Source: Myxococcota bacterium
Lineage (GTDB): Bacteria > Myxococcota_A > Polyangia > Nannocystales > Nannocystaceae
Length of the DNA: 64,000 nt
NCBI GenBank assembly: GCA_039028615.1
Contig: JBCCHT010000057.1
Coordinates: 11,156 to 75,155, forward strand
Direction: 5' to 3'
Shown here: positions 20,355 to 29,892 of the stretch, piece after piece
Numbering within the stretch: the stretch's first letter is position 1
Layout of the letters: each line of letters opens with the position of its first letter
Made by a program: the position numbers and the translations under genes
Notes under the pieces: generated by a model
Database searches by the model: none
What the model was told of the DNA's origin: nothing
What the model saw: the letters and a program-made list of their open reading frames with translations, nothing else

Positions 20355-21560
20355 ATGGACTGGCGAATCGTGACCACGAAGGTCGGCATCGGGACGAGTC
20401 GAGCGCTCTCGACACAACGGGCGGGCACGGAGGCAGCCACCTCCGCTCTGGCTCCGCTCGACGGGTCGGCCGATCTGCTGCTCGTGTTCGCCTCGACCGG
20501 CTACGACCAACGAGAGCTCGTCGCCGCCATCGCCAGCCAGGCCCCCGAGGCGACGCTGGTCGGTTGCTCGGGCGAGGGCGTGATCACCCGCGACGCGTGC
20601 AACGAAGACTCGCACGTCGTCGGCGTCATGGCGCTGCAGTCGAACACCATCCGAGCCGAGGCGTGCCTGGTGCCGGGCTTCGCCGACGACTCGGCCGAGG
20701 CCGGCCGCGCGCTCGTGCGCTGGGTCGAGCAGATGGGCAACGGCGAGGCGCGGCTGCTCATCCTGCTGCCCGACGGGCTGGTCGGCAACTGCACCGATCT
20801 GCTCCGCGAGCTCGACGACAACCTCGACATCCCCGTCGTCGGCGGCACCTCGGCCGACGGGATGATCCTGACCAAGACGCACCAGTACCACGGCACCCGC
20901 GTCGTCAGTGAGCACGTCGCGGCCCTGCTGCTGTGCGGCGACGTCGAGCCGGTCATCGCGGTCAGCCACGGCTGCACCCCCTTGGGCCTGCCCCGCACCA
21001 TCGATCGAGTGGAGGACGGCTGGGTCCGCGAGATCGACGGGCAGTCGGCCTGGGAGGTCTTCAAGGAGTATCTCGACGGAGATCCCGAGGACCTCAACGC
21101 CGATGGCGTGGTGCACCTGTGCGTCGGCGAGCCTCTGCCCTCCGCGCTGGCGGCCGACTACCACCCCCACGTCATCAATACGCCGCTGAAGCTCGACGCC
21201 GACCGCGGCTCGCTGTTCTTCCCGGGCGGCCGACTGCGCGCGGGTCAGCGCGTCCAGCTCATGCGTCGCGACGCGGACGAGATCGAAGCCAGCGCCCATG
21301 CCTGCGCCGAGCGAGTCCGAGCGACCAGACCCGACGAGGACGCCTGCCTCATGCTCCAATTCGACTGCGCGGGGCGGGGCCAGATCATGTTCGGCTCGAT
21401 GGCGCGGGAGCGCACCGTGACTCCGGTACAGTCGGTCTTCCCCGAGTCCGTGCCGTGGCTCGGCTTCCACACCTTCGGCGAGATCGCCCCCATCGGCGAC
21501 CGCACCTACTATCACAATTACACGGTGGCGCTGTGCGCCCTGTTCGAGGGTCGGACTTGA
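20355..21560 (+). CDS. FIST-domain sensory protein
   Basis: LVGCSGEG, VVGGTSAD, FDCAGRG, GFHTFGEI, YHNYT. Confidence 0.92.
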   Translation: MDWRIVTTKVGIGTSRALSTQRAGTEAATSALAPLDGSADLLLVFASTGYDQRELVAAIASQAPEATLVGCSGEGVITRDACNEDSHVVGVMALQSNTIRAEACLVPGFADDSAEAGRALVRWVEQMGNGEARLLILLPDGLVGNCTDLLRELDDNLDIPVVGGTSADGMILTKTHQYHGTRVVSEHVAALLLCGDVEPVIAVSHGCTPLGLPRTIDRVEDGWVREIDGQSAWEVFKEYLDGDPEDLNADGVVHLCVGEPLPSALAADYHPHVINTPLKLDADRGSLFFPGGRLRAGQRVQLMRRDADEIEASAHACAERVRATRPDEDACLMLQFDCAGRGQIMFGSMARERTVTPVQSVFPESVPWLGFHTFGEIAPIGDRTYYHNYTVALCALFEGRT

Positions 21561-23389
21561 GCTCCATCGGTGAGCTCGAGGATGAACTCGAGCGCCTGCG
21601 AAGCGACAACAAAGCGCTGCACGAGCAGGTCAAGCTGCTGGTGCGCACGGAGCATCGGCTCTATCGCTCGCAAAACCAGATCGACCGTCAGCTCGCCCGC
21701 GTGCGCTCGCTGGGCGACTACGTGCTCGACTGCCCCAGCGTCGCCAGACCCGAGGAAATCCTCATCGGCGTGACCGAGCTGGTGGCGCGACACTTCAACG
21801 TCGATCGCGTGCAGCCCTACGAGGTCATCGCCCGCGGGGACACCATGCGCCTGCATGCCCCGCCCGCCGTCGAAGTGACCGTCACGGCCGAAGATCGCGA
21901 GGCCCTCGAGGCGCTCAGCGGCCCCTGGCTCGGCACCAACGAACCGGGGCAGGTCTTCTCCGCGCTCTTTGCCGCCCTCGATGCCGCCGACGCGCAGCCC
22001 GAGCCCCACCCCGAGACCGGCGACGCGGCGTTGATCCCCATCCGGGTCATGGGTCGGCTGGCGTGGGTGCTGGCGGTGCGCCGCTTCTCTCGACGCCCCG
22101 CCAATCGCTTCCAAGAGGTCCCGAACGAGAGCCACGCCCCCTTCTTCATGCTCATGGCGGGCCACATCGAGCGCGCCCTGGAGAATGCCGAGCTCAACCA
22201 CGACCTGCGCATCCAGGCCGAGGAGCTCGCGGAGAGCAACCGCAAGCTCAAGGACAGCCTGGGCGATCTGGCCAGCACCCAGCATCAGCTCATCCAGGCC
22301 AGCAAGATGGAGGCCCTGGGTCGGCTCGCGGGCGGGGTCGCGCACGACTTCAACAACCTGCTCACCGTGATCGTGGGCACCGCCCGGCTCATGCTCCACG
22401 AGGACCTGACCCCCTCGCTGCGGGAGGACTGCCGGACGATCATCGAGGCGGCCGAGCGCGGCACCGACCTCGGCCGCCAGATGCTGACCTTTGGCCGCCG
22501 TCAGTCGGGCGAGGCCCAGCGCATCGAGGTGCACCCGCTGCTCACCGACATGAGCCGGTTGCTGCGGCGGATCATCGGCGAAGATGTCTCGCTCGAGCTG
22601 CGCCTGGAAGCCCGCAACGACGCCGTCCAGGCCGATCCAGCCCAGGTCGAGCAGGTGCTCATGAACTTGGTGCTCAACGCCCGCGACGCCATGCCCCACG
22701 GCGGCGCGATCGTGGTGGAGACCGGCCTCGCCCGCCCCGGCGATCAGCCCGACGGGCCCACCATGTTCTGCCTGACCGTCAGCGACACCGGGCGGGGCAT
22801 GGACTCGAAGACGCAGGCCCGGGTCTTCGAGCCCTTCTTCACCACCAAGGACGTCGGCGAAGGCTCGGGCATGGGCCTGGCCACCGTGTACGGCATCGTC
22901 CAGCAGCTCGAGGGCCACGTGCAGCTCGAGAGCGAGCCCGGCGAGGGCTCACGCTTCGAGGTCTACTTGCCGCTGGCCGGCCAACCCGTCGTCGAAGAGC
23001 CCGTGCCCAGCGGTGCCGTCGCGCGCCCCACCGTGCTCGTCGTCGAGGACGAAGCCGCCATTCGACGGCTCGTGGTGCGCATCCTCGGTCGACAGGGCTA
23101 CGAAGTGCTGGCCGCCTCCGATGGCGAGAGCGGCCTGCGGCGCTTCGTCGAGCGCGGCGACATCGACCTGGTGCTCACCGACATCGTCATGCCCGGGCTC
23201 GACGGCGTGGGCTTGGTGCGCCTGCTTCGTCGGCGGCGACCCGAGCTGCCGATCGTGTTCATGTCCGGCTACTCGGGCGACCACCGACGGGGCATCGGCG
23301 TCGCCGACCGCAAGCGCATGCTCGACAAGCCCTTCACACCCGAGCAGCTCGTCGAGCGCATCGACGAAGCGCTGCGCACCTCGGTTTGA
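21557..23389 (+). CDS. Hybrid sensor histidine kinase/receiver
   Basis: AHDFNNLL H-box, NLVLNARDAM, DTGRGM, GSGMGLA; receiver motifs VVEDE, TDIVMP, KPF. The TTG start overlaps the FIST stop. Confidence 0.93.
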   Translation: MSSIGELEDELERLRSDNKALHEQVKLLVRTEHRLYRSQNQIDRQLARVRSLGDYVLDCPSVARPEEILIGVTELVARHFNVDRVQPYEVIARGDTMRLHAPPAVEVTVTAEDREALEALSGPWLGTNEPGQVFSALFAALDAADAQPEPHPETGDAALIPIRVMGRLAWVLAVRRFSRRPANRFQEVPNESHAPFFMLMAGHIERALENAELNHDLRIQAEELAESNRKLKDSLGDLASTQHQLIQASKMEALGRLAGGVAHDFNNLLTVIVGTARLMLHEDLTPSLREDCRTIIEAAERGTDLGRQMLTFGRRQSGEAQRIEVHPLLTDMSRLLRRIIGEDVSLELRLEARNDAVQADPAQVEQVLMNLVLNARDAMPHGGAIVVETGLARPGDQPDGPTMFCLTVSDTGRGMDSKTQARVFEPFFTTKDVGEGSGMGLATVYGIVQQLEGHVQLESEPGEGSRFEVYLPLAGQPVVEEPVPSGAVARPTVLVVEDEAAIRRLVVRILGRQGYEVLAASDGESGLRRFVERGDIDLVLTDIVMPGLDGVGLVRLLRRRRPELPIVFMSGYSGDHRRGIGVADRKRMLDKPFTPEQLVERIDEALRTSV

Positions 23390-23402
23390 GCGCGGCCGAA
23401 GG

Positions 23403-23747
23403 CTACTTGCGCGGCGACCCGCGCTTGGGCAGCTGGATCGGCGGCTTGGTCTCGTTTTTGGGGTGATCGGCGGGCCGCGGCCGATACAGCACCACCACCC
23501 GGCCGATGACCTGGGTCAGGTCGGCCTCGGCGGCATCGGCCAGCTCGCGCGCGCCTTCCTTGCGGTCACCCTCGTACGACTGCCCGAGCCGCACCTTGAT
23601 GAGCTCGTGCTCGAGCAGCGCCTCTTGGGTCGCCTTGACGATCGCCTCGGTGATCCCCTGCCCTCCCACCTGCACGACGGGGTTGAGCCCGTGGGCGAGC
23701 GAACGGAGGTGAGCGCGAGCGCGGACGTTGAGCTGCGGAGCGGCCAT
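23403..23747 (-). CDS. yhbY: YhbY/CRM RNA-binding ribosome assembly protein
   Basis: LRSLAHGLNPVVQVG, HELIKV, QVIGRVVVLYR. Confidence 0.93.
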   Translation of the reverse strand: MAAPQLNVRARAHLRSLAHGLNPVVQVGGQGITEAIVKATQEALLEHELIKVRLGQSYEGDRKEGARELADAAEADLTQVIGRVVVLYRPRPADHPKNETKPPIQLPKRGSPRK

Positions 23748-23813
23748 GGCGAGCCGCCGACCTTGCCCGCTTTGCCCGGGGCACGCAAGCCAGCGCGCCG
23801 CGCGTCGTACGAG

Positions 23814-24626
23814 CTAGCTCTCGGTGGGCGGCGTGTCAGCCAGCGGCGGCGTGGTGGCCCCGCCCGACCAGCGCAGCCACAAAAGCCACTCGCGGTTCCC
23901 GGTCTTGCCCTCGAGCTCGGACGCACAGGCATCGATGAAGCGCAGGCCGTGCTCGGCCGCGCTCTGGCGCGCCCGCTCGAGAGCCTCTTGGCGAAGGGCC
24001 TCCTCGCGCACGATGCCGCCTTTGCCCACGCGACCGGGGTCGAGCTCGAACTGCGGCTTCACCAGGATCACCGCGTCGGCGTTGGGCGCCATGAAGCGCG
24101 GCAGGTGGGGCAGGACCTTGGCGGCGGAGATGAACGAGCAATCCATCACCACCAGCTGCACGGGCTCACCCAGCTCGGCGGGATCGAGCTTGCGAATGTT
24201 GCGACGGTCGTGGACGACCACGCGCTCGTCCTTGGCGAGCGACCAGGCCAGCTGCCCGTAGCCGACGTCGACGGCGTGCACCCGGGCCACGCCCGACTGC
24301 AGCAGACAATCGGTGAAGCCCCCGGTCGAGGCGCCCACGTCCATGGCCACCCGCCCCTCGACCTGCAAAGGCTCGTGCTCGATCTCGGTATTGGGGGCGG
24401 TGAAGCGCCGCAGCGCGCCCGCCAGCTTCAGGCCGCCGCGCGAGACATAGGGGTTGTCGTCGCCGCGCACCCGGATGTCGGCATCGCGCGCGACCATGGT
24501 GCCGGGCTTGTCGACGCGCTGCTCCGCGACCAGGACCTTGCCCGCCATGATCAGCGCCTGCGCCCGCGTGCGGCTGGGCACGAGGCCTCGCTCCACGAGC
24601 AAACGATCGATGCGGTCGCGCTTCAT
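23814..24626 (-). CDS. tlyA: TlyA family rRNA (cytidine-2'-O)-methyltransferase
   Basis: S4 domain, YVSRGGLKL, DVGASTGGFTD, VKPQFE, GNRE. Confidence 0.95.
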   Translation of the reverse strand: MKRDRIDRLLVERGLVPSRTRAQALIMAGKVLVAEQRVDKPGTMVARDADIRVRGDDNPYVSRGGLKLAGALRRFTAPNTEIEHEPLQVEGRVAMDVGASTGGFTDCLLQSGVARVHAVDVGYGQLAWSLAKDERVVVHDRRNIRKLDPAELGEPVQLVVMDCSFISAAKVLPHLPRFMAPNADAVILVKPQFELDPGRVGKGGIVREEALRQEALERARQSAAEHGLRFIDACASELEGKTGNREWLLWLRWSGGATTPPLADTPPTES

Positions 24627-24886
24627 CCCGACCCGCGCAGGCTAGAGCACCCACCCGGGCGACGCCACGAACCCCCGATGTCGGGGCGCTGGGGAGCCGA
24701 GCCCACACCGTGCGTGCGGAAGAATCCGAGCCCCCGAGCCGCGCTTGCTGCGAGTCGCCGCCGACGGACGGGTACGACTTCGTGCCCTGGGACCGGATGG
24801 CACACGAGGTGACACAAAGTGAGCAGATCCCGCAGTGGTTGGAGGTGCCCGCAGGACTCGGCCAACCGCGCTACCCTTGCGTCCGC

Positions 24887-25063
24887 ATGCGCGAGTGGCT
24901 GATGAGCCTGACCCGCCCCGAGGACCACCTGTTGTGGGCCTGGGCGGTGATCGTTGGGGGCTACGGGGTCATTGGCGCGATGTTGGGCGTCCGCGCCCGG
25001 CGGCGAGAGGCCGCCGCTTCGGCCTCCGCCTCCGCGTCGGAAACGAATTCCAGCTCACGCTGA
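24887..25063 (+). CDS. Putative small single-TM protein
   Basis: LLWAWAVIVGGYGVIGAMLGV followed by RARRR; start uncertain. Confidence 0.45.
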   Translation: MREWLMSLTRPEDHLLWAWAVIVGGYGVIGAMLGVRARRREAAASASASASETNSSSR

Positions 25064-25113
25064 GGCGGGCTTGCGCGGCTGTGCGCGTTCGGCTAGGTTC
25101 CCCCGCACTTCAC

Positions 25114-25186
25114 GGGGCCGTAGCTCAGCTGGGAGAGCGGTGCGTTCGCAATGCACAGGTCAGGGGTTCGATCCCCCTCGGCTCCA
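25114..25186 (+). tRNA. tRNA-Ala(CGC)
   Basis: Cloverleaf GGGGCCG..CGGCTCC-A with G3:U70; anticodon arm GTGCG-TT-CGC-AA-TGCAC; GTTCGAT T-loop; followed by CCC, not CCA. Confidence 0.97.
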
Positions 25187-25295
25187 CCCCTAAAAACCTC
25201 CTCGACCCGGTGCTACCATGCTCGGCATCCCAAGGGATGCGAGCCCCGGTAGACACCGGGCAAGGTAGCCCATTCGGGCTTCGGTTCACGGAGGC

Positions 25296-26072
25296 ATGTA
25301 CAAGCTCTTCAAGCGCTCTCATGTGCCGGGGATCTTCGAGATCCAGATCTCCGGTGCCTGCGATCCGGGCATCGCCCGCGATCACAACGAAGACGCGATC
25401 GCCATCCAAGAGGACGATGGGCGGGGCTACATGCTCGTCATCGTCTGCGACGGCATGGGCGGGCACAGTGCGGGCGAGGTTGCATCCGCCCTCGCGGTGG
25501 GGGTGATCAGCGAGTACATCGAGCGCGAGTTCGGTGGCGACAAGACCCCCGACCAGCTGCTGCAGGAGGGCTTCGCCCTCGCCAACGAACGCATCGACGA
25601 GCAGGCCCAGGTCAACCCCAGCGCCCACGGCATGGGCTGCACCTGCGTCGCGGTCATGGGCGTCAAAGACCGCATGTGGATCGGCCACGCCGGGGACAGC
25701 CGGCTGTATCGCGTTCGCGATGCCACGGCCGAGCAGATCACCGTGGACCACACGATGGTCCAGGAGCTCGTCGACCAAAACTTGATCACGCCCGAGCAGG
25801 CGGCCACGCACCCGTACCGGGGTCGCATCAGCCGCTGCCTGGGGCACGGCAAGCACAAGAGCGACGCCAGCATCAACGAGCTGACCTTCGAGAAGGGCGA
25901 CAACCTGCTGCTGTGCAGCGACGGCCTGAGCGACGTGGTCCCCGTCGAGGAGATCCAAGCCCTCGTGGGTCAGCGCGACGTTCGAGACGCCACGCGGCGG
26001 CTCATCGAAGCGGCGAACAAGCACGGCGGGCCCGACAACATCTCGGCCATCGTCATGCGCCGCGTCGTCTAG
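25296..26072 (+). CDS. PP2C-family Ser/Thr phosphatase (Stp1/PrpC-like)
   Basis: RDHNED, VCDGMGGH, GDSRLY, DHT, CSDGL, GGPDN. Confidence 0.95.
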   Translation: MYKLFKRSHVPGIFEIQISGACDPGIARDHNEDAIAIQEDDGRGYMLVIVCDGMGGHSAGEVASALAVGVISEYIEREFGGDKTPDQLLQEGFALANERIDEQAQVNPSAHGMGCTCVAVMGVKDRMWIGHAGDSRLYRVRDATAEQITVDHTMVQELVDQNLITPEQAATHPYRGRISRCLGHGKHKSDASINELTFEKGDNLLLCSDGLSDVVPVEEIQALVGQRDVRDATRRLIEAANKHGGPDNISAIVMRRVV

Positions 26073-26572
26073 CTTCGCGGCGGGGCCAGCGATTGTTCGT
26101 ACTGGGTGAACGAGCGCCCGTCGCGTTCGCGCACGAACACGTGCGTGGCCGAAAAGCCTTGGCCGAGCACGAAGGCGGTGGCGCGCCCGTTGACGGTGGC
26201 CACCGTGGCCCGCACGCGAGCGGCCGACTGCAGGCGGGGCGCCCGAAGCAGGGCGAGCAGGGCCCCGGCGCCCGCCCCCGTGCCCACCAGGTCGGGGCGT
26301 AGGCCGATCCCGACATCGACCACCTCGTCATCGTCGGCGTCGTCGTAGCGACCGCCCGGCACCCGGGCTTCGACCCCGAAGGTGCCGTAGCCGAGCAGCT
26401 CGCCGCCCGGAGTGCTCAGCGCGACATGATCGGGAGCCCGCAGCTCGGCCGCGCCCGCGCCCGGATCGTAGATCTTCAGCGCTCCCGGGTAGGACCAGGT
26501 GGCGATGGCCCGGCGGTCGTCGTCGGTCAGCGGTCGAACCGAGAACTCGGGCAGCGGCGGACGGGCGACCAT
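26069..26572 (-). CDS. GNAT family N-acetyltransferase
   Basis: IATWSY, DVGIGLRPDLVGTGAG, VNGRA..GF. Confidence 0.85.
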   Translation of the reverse strand: MVARPPLPEFSVRPLTDDDRRAIATWSYPGALKIYDPGAGAAELRAPDHVALSTPGGELLGYGTFGVEARVPGGRYDDADDDEVVDVGIGLRPDLVGTGAGAGALLALLRAPRLQSAARVRATVATVNGRATAFVLGQGFSATHVFVRERDGRSFTQYEQSLAPPRS

Positions 26573-26623
26573 GGCCTCGCCAGTGTGCCCGACCGATGTC
26601 CGCGTGCAACACCGAGCCCGGGC

Positions 26624-27766
26624 TCACCCCGCGGGTTCGGTGACCGGACCGCCGCCGCCTTCACACTGGAAGCGGAAGTTGTCCAGGAACACCATGCTGT
26701 TCAGGTTCACGTCGTCGAGGTCGAAGACGGCGAAGACCAGCTCGATCTCCTCGCCCGGCTCGACCGCGGCCGTGCTGGTGAGCCACGGCGTGCCTGCGCC
26801 GTAGCGCATGCAGGTGCCGGAAAACTGCGGCAGGTCTCCGTTGGTGTCCTGGTAGTCGAAGAACGCCGCGTTGAGCGAAAGCGCGTTGCCGCCGTCGTCG
26901 TAGGAGATGTTGCCGCTCCAGCTGGGCCCCTCGAGCCACGCGAGGAACATGTCGTTGTAAGGCTGCCCTGCGAAGACGGGCCACTCGGTGGTCAGGTAGG
27001 CCACGTCGAAGCTCAGCGCATGGGCATCGTCGGGCACGGTCAGGCTGATGCGCAGCTCCTGATAGTCGTACTTGAAGCCGCTCTGGGAGAACTGGTCCTG
27101 GATGGTGTTGGAGCAGTCGCCCGTCCCCACCAAGCCGGGATTGGCCATGCAATCGCCGCCCACGTTCTGGGCCTGAATCGGCGCGGGGAAGGTGGCGGTG
27201 TTCATGCCATCGCCGGGCGAAAACCAGTCGTTGCAGTGATTGATCTGATCGCCGGGACCGGTGGGCTCGTCGCCGAGCTCCGCCACGTGCCCGGTGGAGA
27301 GCACCACGTACGAGCTGCCCTCCCGCGGGGCATAGGTCCCGTCCGCGCCGAAGCTCGTCAGGATGCCGAGGCCATCGGGGTGGGCGTCGATGCTGGAGAC
27401 GATCTCCGTCTCGCCAGCACAGCCCAGGCCCATCGCATGGAAGGGATCGTCGGTCCCCGCGTCGCAGGGGGTGTGGATCACCGCCTCGCAGTCGCCGGGG
27501 AAGATCCCCGTCTCGTCGTTGCCGATGTCGAAGAGGAACCCGGTGGTATCGCCGCCCGGATTCGAATCGCTGGCCGAGCCGCCCTCGGTACCCGCCGTGT
27601 CGTCGGCCGATCCGGGGCCGCCCCCGCTCGCACCGGGATTCGACGTCGCACCGTCGGCCGTCGTGGTCGGCACGCCGAACGGGCTATCGCCCCCGTCGTC
27701 ATTGCAAGCCGGCAACAGGCACGGCAACACCAACAACGAAGCAACGTGAGCAACAGACGAAGTCAT
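26624..27766 (-). CDS. Choice-of-anchor-L-like domain lipoprotein
   Basis: Lipobox LPA-C; VVLSTG, TEWPVF..YND.F, FAVFDLDD...SMVFLDNF. Confidence 0.78.
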   Translation of the reverse strand: MTSSVAHVASLLVLPCLLPACNDDGGDSPFGVPTTTADGATSNPGASGGGPGSADDTAGTEGGSASDSNPGGDTTGFLFDIGNDETGIFPGDCEAVIHTPCDAGTDDPFHAMGLGCAGETEIVSSIDAHPDGLGILTSFGADGTYAPREGSSYVVLSTGHVAELGDEPTGPGDQINHCNDWFSPGDGMNTATFPAPIQAQNVGGDCMANPGLVGTGDCSNTIQDQFSQSGFKYDYQELRISLTVPDDAHALSFDVAYLTTEWPVFAGQPYNDMFLAWLEGPSWSGNISYDDGGNALSLNAAFFDYQDTNGDLPQFSGTCMRYGAGTPWLTSTAAVEPGEEIELVFAVFDLDDVNLNSMVFLDNFRFQCEGGGGPVTEPAG

Positions 27767-27949
27767 GACGACTCCATCTTACGGCCCCCATCGGTCCTAA
27801 ATCGGACGCTTTGGGTGCAACCGCCTATTGAACGTGACAGCACCGAAGTGATCGAAACGCACAGGTTCGCTCGAGGGTACGACTCGAGTGAGCTGCATGG
27901 GCGCGCCCTCGAAACGGAGCGCGGCCGACTTCCAAACGCGCCGAAGGGC

Positions 27950-28210
27950 TCAGGAGCGGGCTTGCGCCAGCTCGCCTGCCTCTTCGTTCGCCGCGTTGAA
28001 CTGCGGCTGCGGAGTGCGGCCGTAGTTCACCGACATCCACGTGCGCTCGTGCAGGTAGTACGCGAAGATCTTCAGCAGCGAGTCCGCAAAGCCTAGTGAC
28101 AGTGCGAACGCGGCCTTGCCGGTATAAAGGTACGCAATCGTCGCGGTAATGGACCACGCGATCACGCGCCAGCTGAGGGCCTTTGCCAAGCTCCGTCGCT
28201 TCGACTCCAT
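27950..28210 (-). CDS. DUF2061 small membrane protein
   Basis: RSLAKALSWR..YYLHERTW signature; AGGAG ribosome-binding site. Confidence 0.9.
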   Translation of the reverse strand: MESKRRSLAKALSWRVIAWSITATIAYLYTGKAAFALSLGFADSLLKIFAYYLHERTWMSVNYGRTPQPQFNAANEEAGELAQARS

Positions 28211-28523
28211 CGTACCGTCTCCTGTTGCCTTGTCCGCTCGCAGCTTCGTTCCCGCGAGACAGGAAGAGTCTTGGACTTTTGCGTGGCTTTTTCAAACGGC
28301 AAAGCACCGTGAATTATAGATTTCTTGGATCGACCCATTTTCGTCCCTCGGCCTCGGGTCGTCATTAAGTCGAGATTTCAAGATCATAGGAGGGAATTCG
28401 GTCTCTCCTGGAGCCCTTCATATTAAACAGCGACATACCGTATATAAAGCTCGTTCCGCCGGGCTCGCCGCGTCGCTTAACCTAGGAGCCGCGACGCTCC
28501 CCACACCGGGATGGTCATCAAAA

Positions 28524-29879
28524 GTGGCGGCACCGCTTCGAGCACATGCGAAACGACTGGGGCTCTTCGGTACTGCGGCATTGATCTGGTTGTGCTTCGT
28601 CGGGCTCGCGATCGCGGCCCCGCGCGACGTGCCTTCGGGGTGGAACTCCGGCGATGCAGCGGCTGCCACGGCGCAGAGCAACGCGGCCGATTGGGCGGCG
28701 GCGTGGGGAGGTCAGGTCGAGTTCGTGATGTCGACGCCCGACGACGACGCGCTGGTCGAGACGCTCGTCATCGTGGACGTGCCCGCACCGCTCCCCGACG
28801 GGTTCACGAGCGACTCGAGCACTGCCCACGCCTGGCTCGAGCCCCGCGCGCAGAAGGCCTTCGGCACCCAGCTCTCGCTGCCCGCCACGGCGACGAGCTT
28901 CGAGCCCACCGATCGACCCGACGTCGGCATCACCCGCGGCCGGGCCACGATCGACGACCGCGTGGTCCTGCTCGCCGTCGCACCCAAGGGAGCGCGCCAC
29001 GTCGTGGTCGTCATGGTGTTGGCTGCGAACGAGGAAATCCTCTACGGCGACGTCTTCGAGTCGACGGTGGACGGGCTCGATGGCCTCAGCTCGACCATCG
29101 CTCCGTTTCCCCGCACCACCTGGCGCATCGTCGGCTGGGCGCTGTGGCTCGTGTTCGGCCTCGGGGCGGCGATCGAGTGGACGCGTCGTTCCTTGCCGCG
29201 TCCGGGCGCTCGGGTGGCGGGTCGCCAGGTCGCCGCATTGCTGGCGGCGACCTCGATCCTCGTGCTGGTCGTGCTCGGCCCGAGCCTCGGCGACTCGGCC
29301 GTCGAGCTGACCCTGGCCGGGACCACCCCCTGGAGCTTCGCGGCCGAGCTGGCCGCGGGGGGAATCGTGGCGGCGATCCTCGCGGTGGTCGTGACCGAGC
29401 TGTGGGCGCGGCGGCTGACTCCGGTAGCCAGCGCCCCGCGGGCGGGCACCTTTGCGCCCGTGGCCACCGCCCCGCGAGCGGCAGAGTCCTCGGCCTCGAC
29501 CCTCGAGGTCCGCAACCCCGCCCTGCCCCCGGTCCCCTCCATCGACGTGCCGAGCGACGACCCGGCCCTGTCCACCACCTCGAATACCGGCGCTCCGCTG
29601 GCCCCCGCCCGCCCCGAGCCCGGTGCGCCCGACGGTCCCGCCTCGCTCATCGACGCTCGCGAGAGCGGACCCGAGCCCTCGTACGACGACCCCACCAAGC
29701 CCATCGTCGTCGGCTCGATTCCCAAGGCGATCGACCCCGAAGAAGCGCCCACGCCCGCGCCCGAGTCGACCGGTGCCTCGCAGAGCGACCTGTTCCCGCG
29801 GCTGACCGTCGAGCGGGGGCCGCAGCCCACCGACTCACACCCCGCCCTGGACGCACCGATTCCGACGTACGAGGACTGA
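28524..29879 (+). CDS. Hypothetical membrane protein (exported domain, about 3 TM, Pro-rich tail)
   Basis: Signal-like N-terminus, hydrophobic segments, coding-type codon bias. Confidence 0.7.
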   Translation: MAAPLRAHAKRLGLFGTAALIWLCFVGLAIAAPRDVPSGWNSGDAAAATAQSNAADWAAAWGGQVEFVMSTPDDDALVETLVIVDVPAPLPDGFTSDSSTAHAWLEPRAQKAFGTQLSLPATATSFEPTDRPDVGITRGRATIDDRVVLLAVAPKGARHVVVVMVLAANEEILYGDVFESTVDGLDGLSSTIAPFPRTTWRIVGWALWLVFGLGAAIEWTRRSLPRPGARVAGRQVAALLAATSILVLVVLGPSLGDSAVELTLAGTTPWSFAAELAAGGIVAAILAVVVTELWARRLTPVASAPRAGTFAPVATAPRAAESSASTLEVRNPALPPVPSIDVPSDDPALSTTSNTGAPLAPARPEPGAPDGPASLIDARESGPEPSYDDPTKPIVVGSIPKAIDPEEAPTPAPESTGASQSDLFPRLTVERGPQPTDSHPALDAPIPTYED

Positions 29880-29892
29880 GCTCGAGCGGGTT

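Noticed and set aside
25114..25300. tRNA-Ala as an integration site for an island
   Set aside because: No integrase, no duplicated tRNA 3' end noticed in the window, and ordinary flanking genes.
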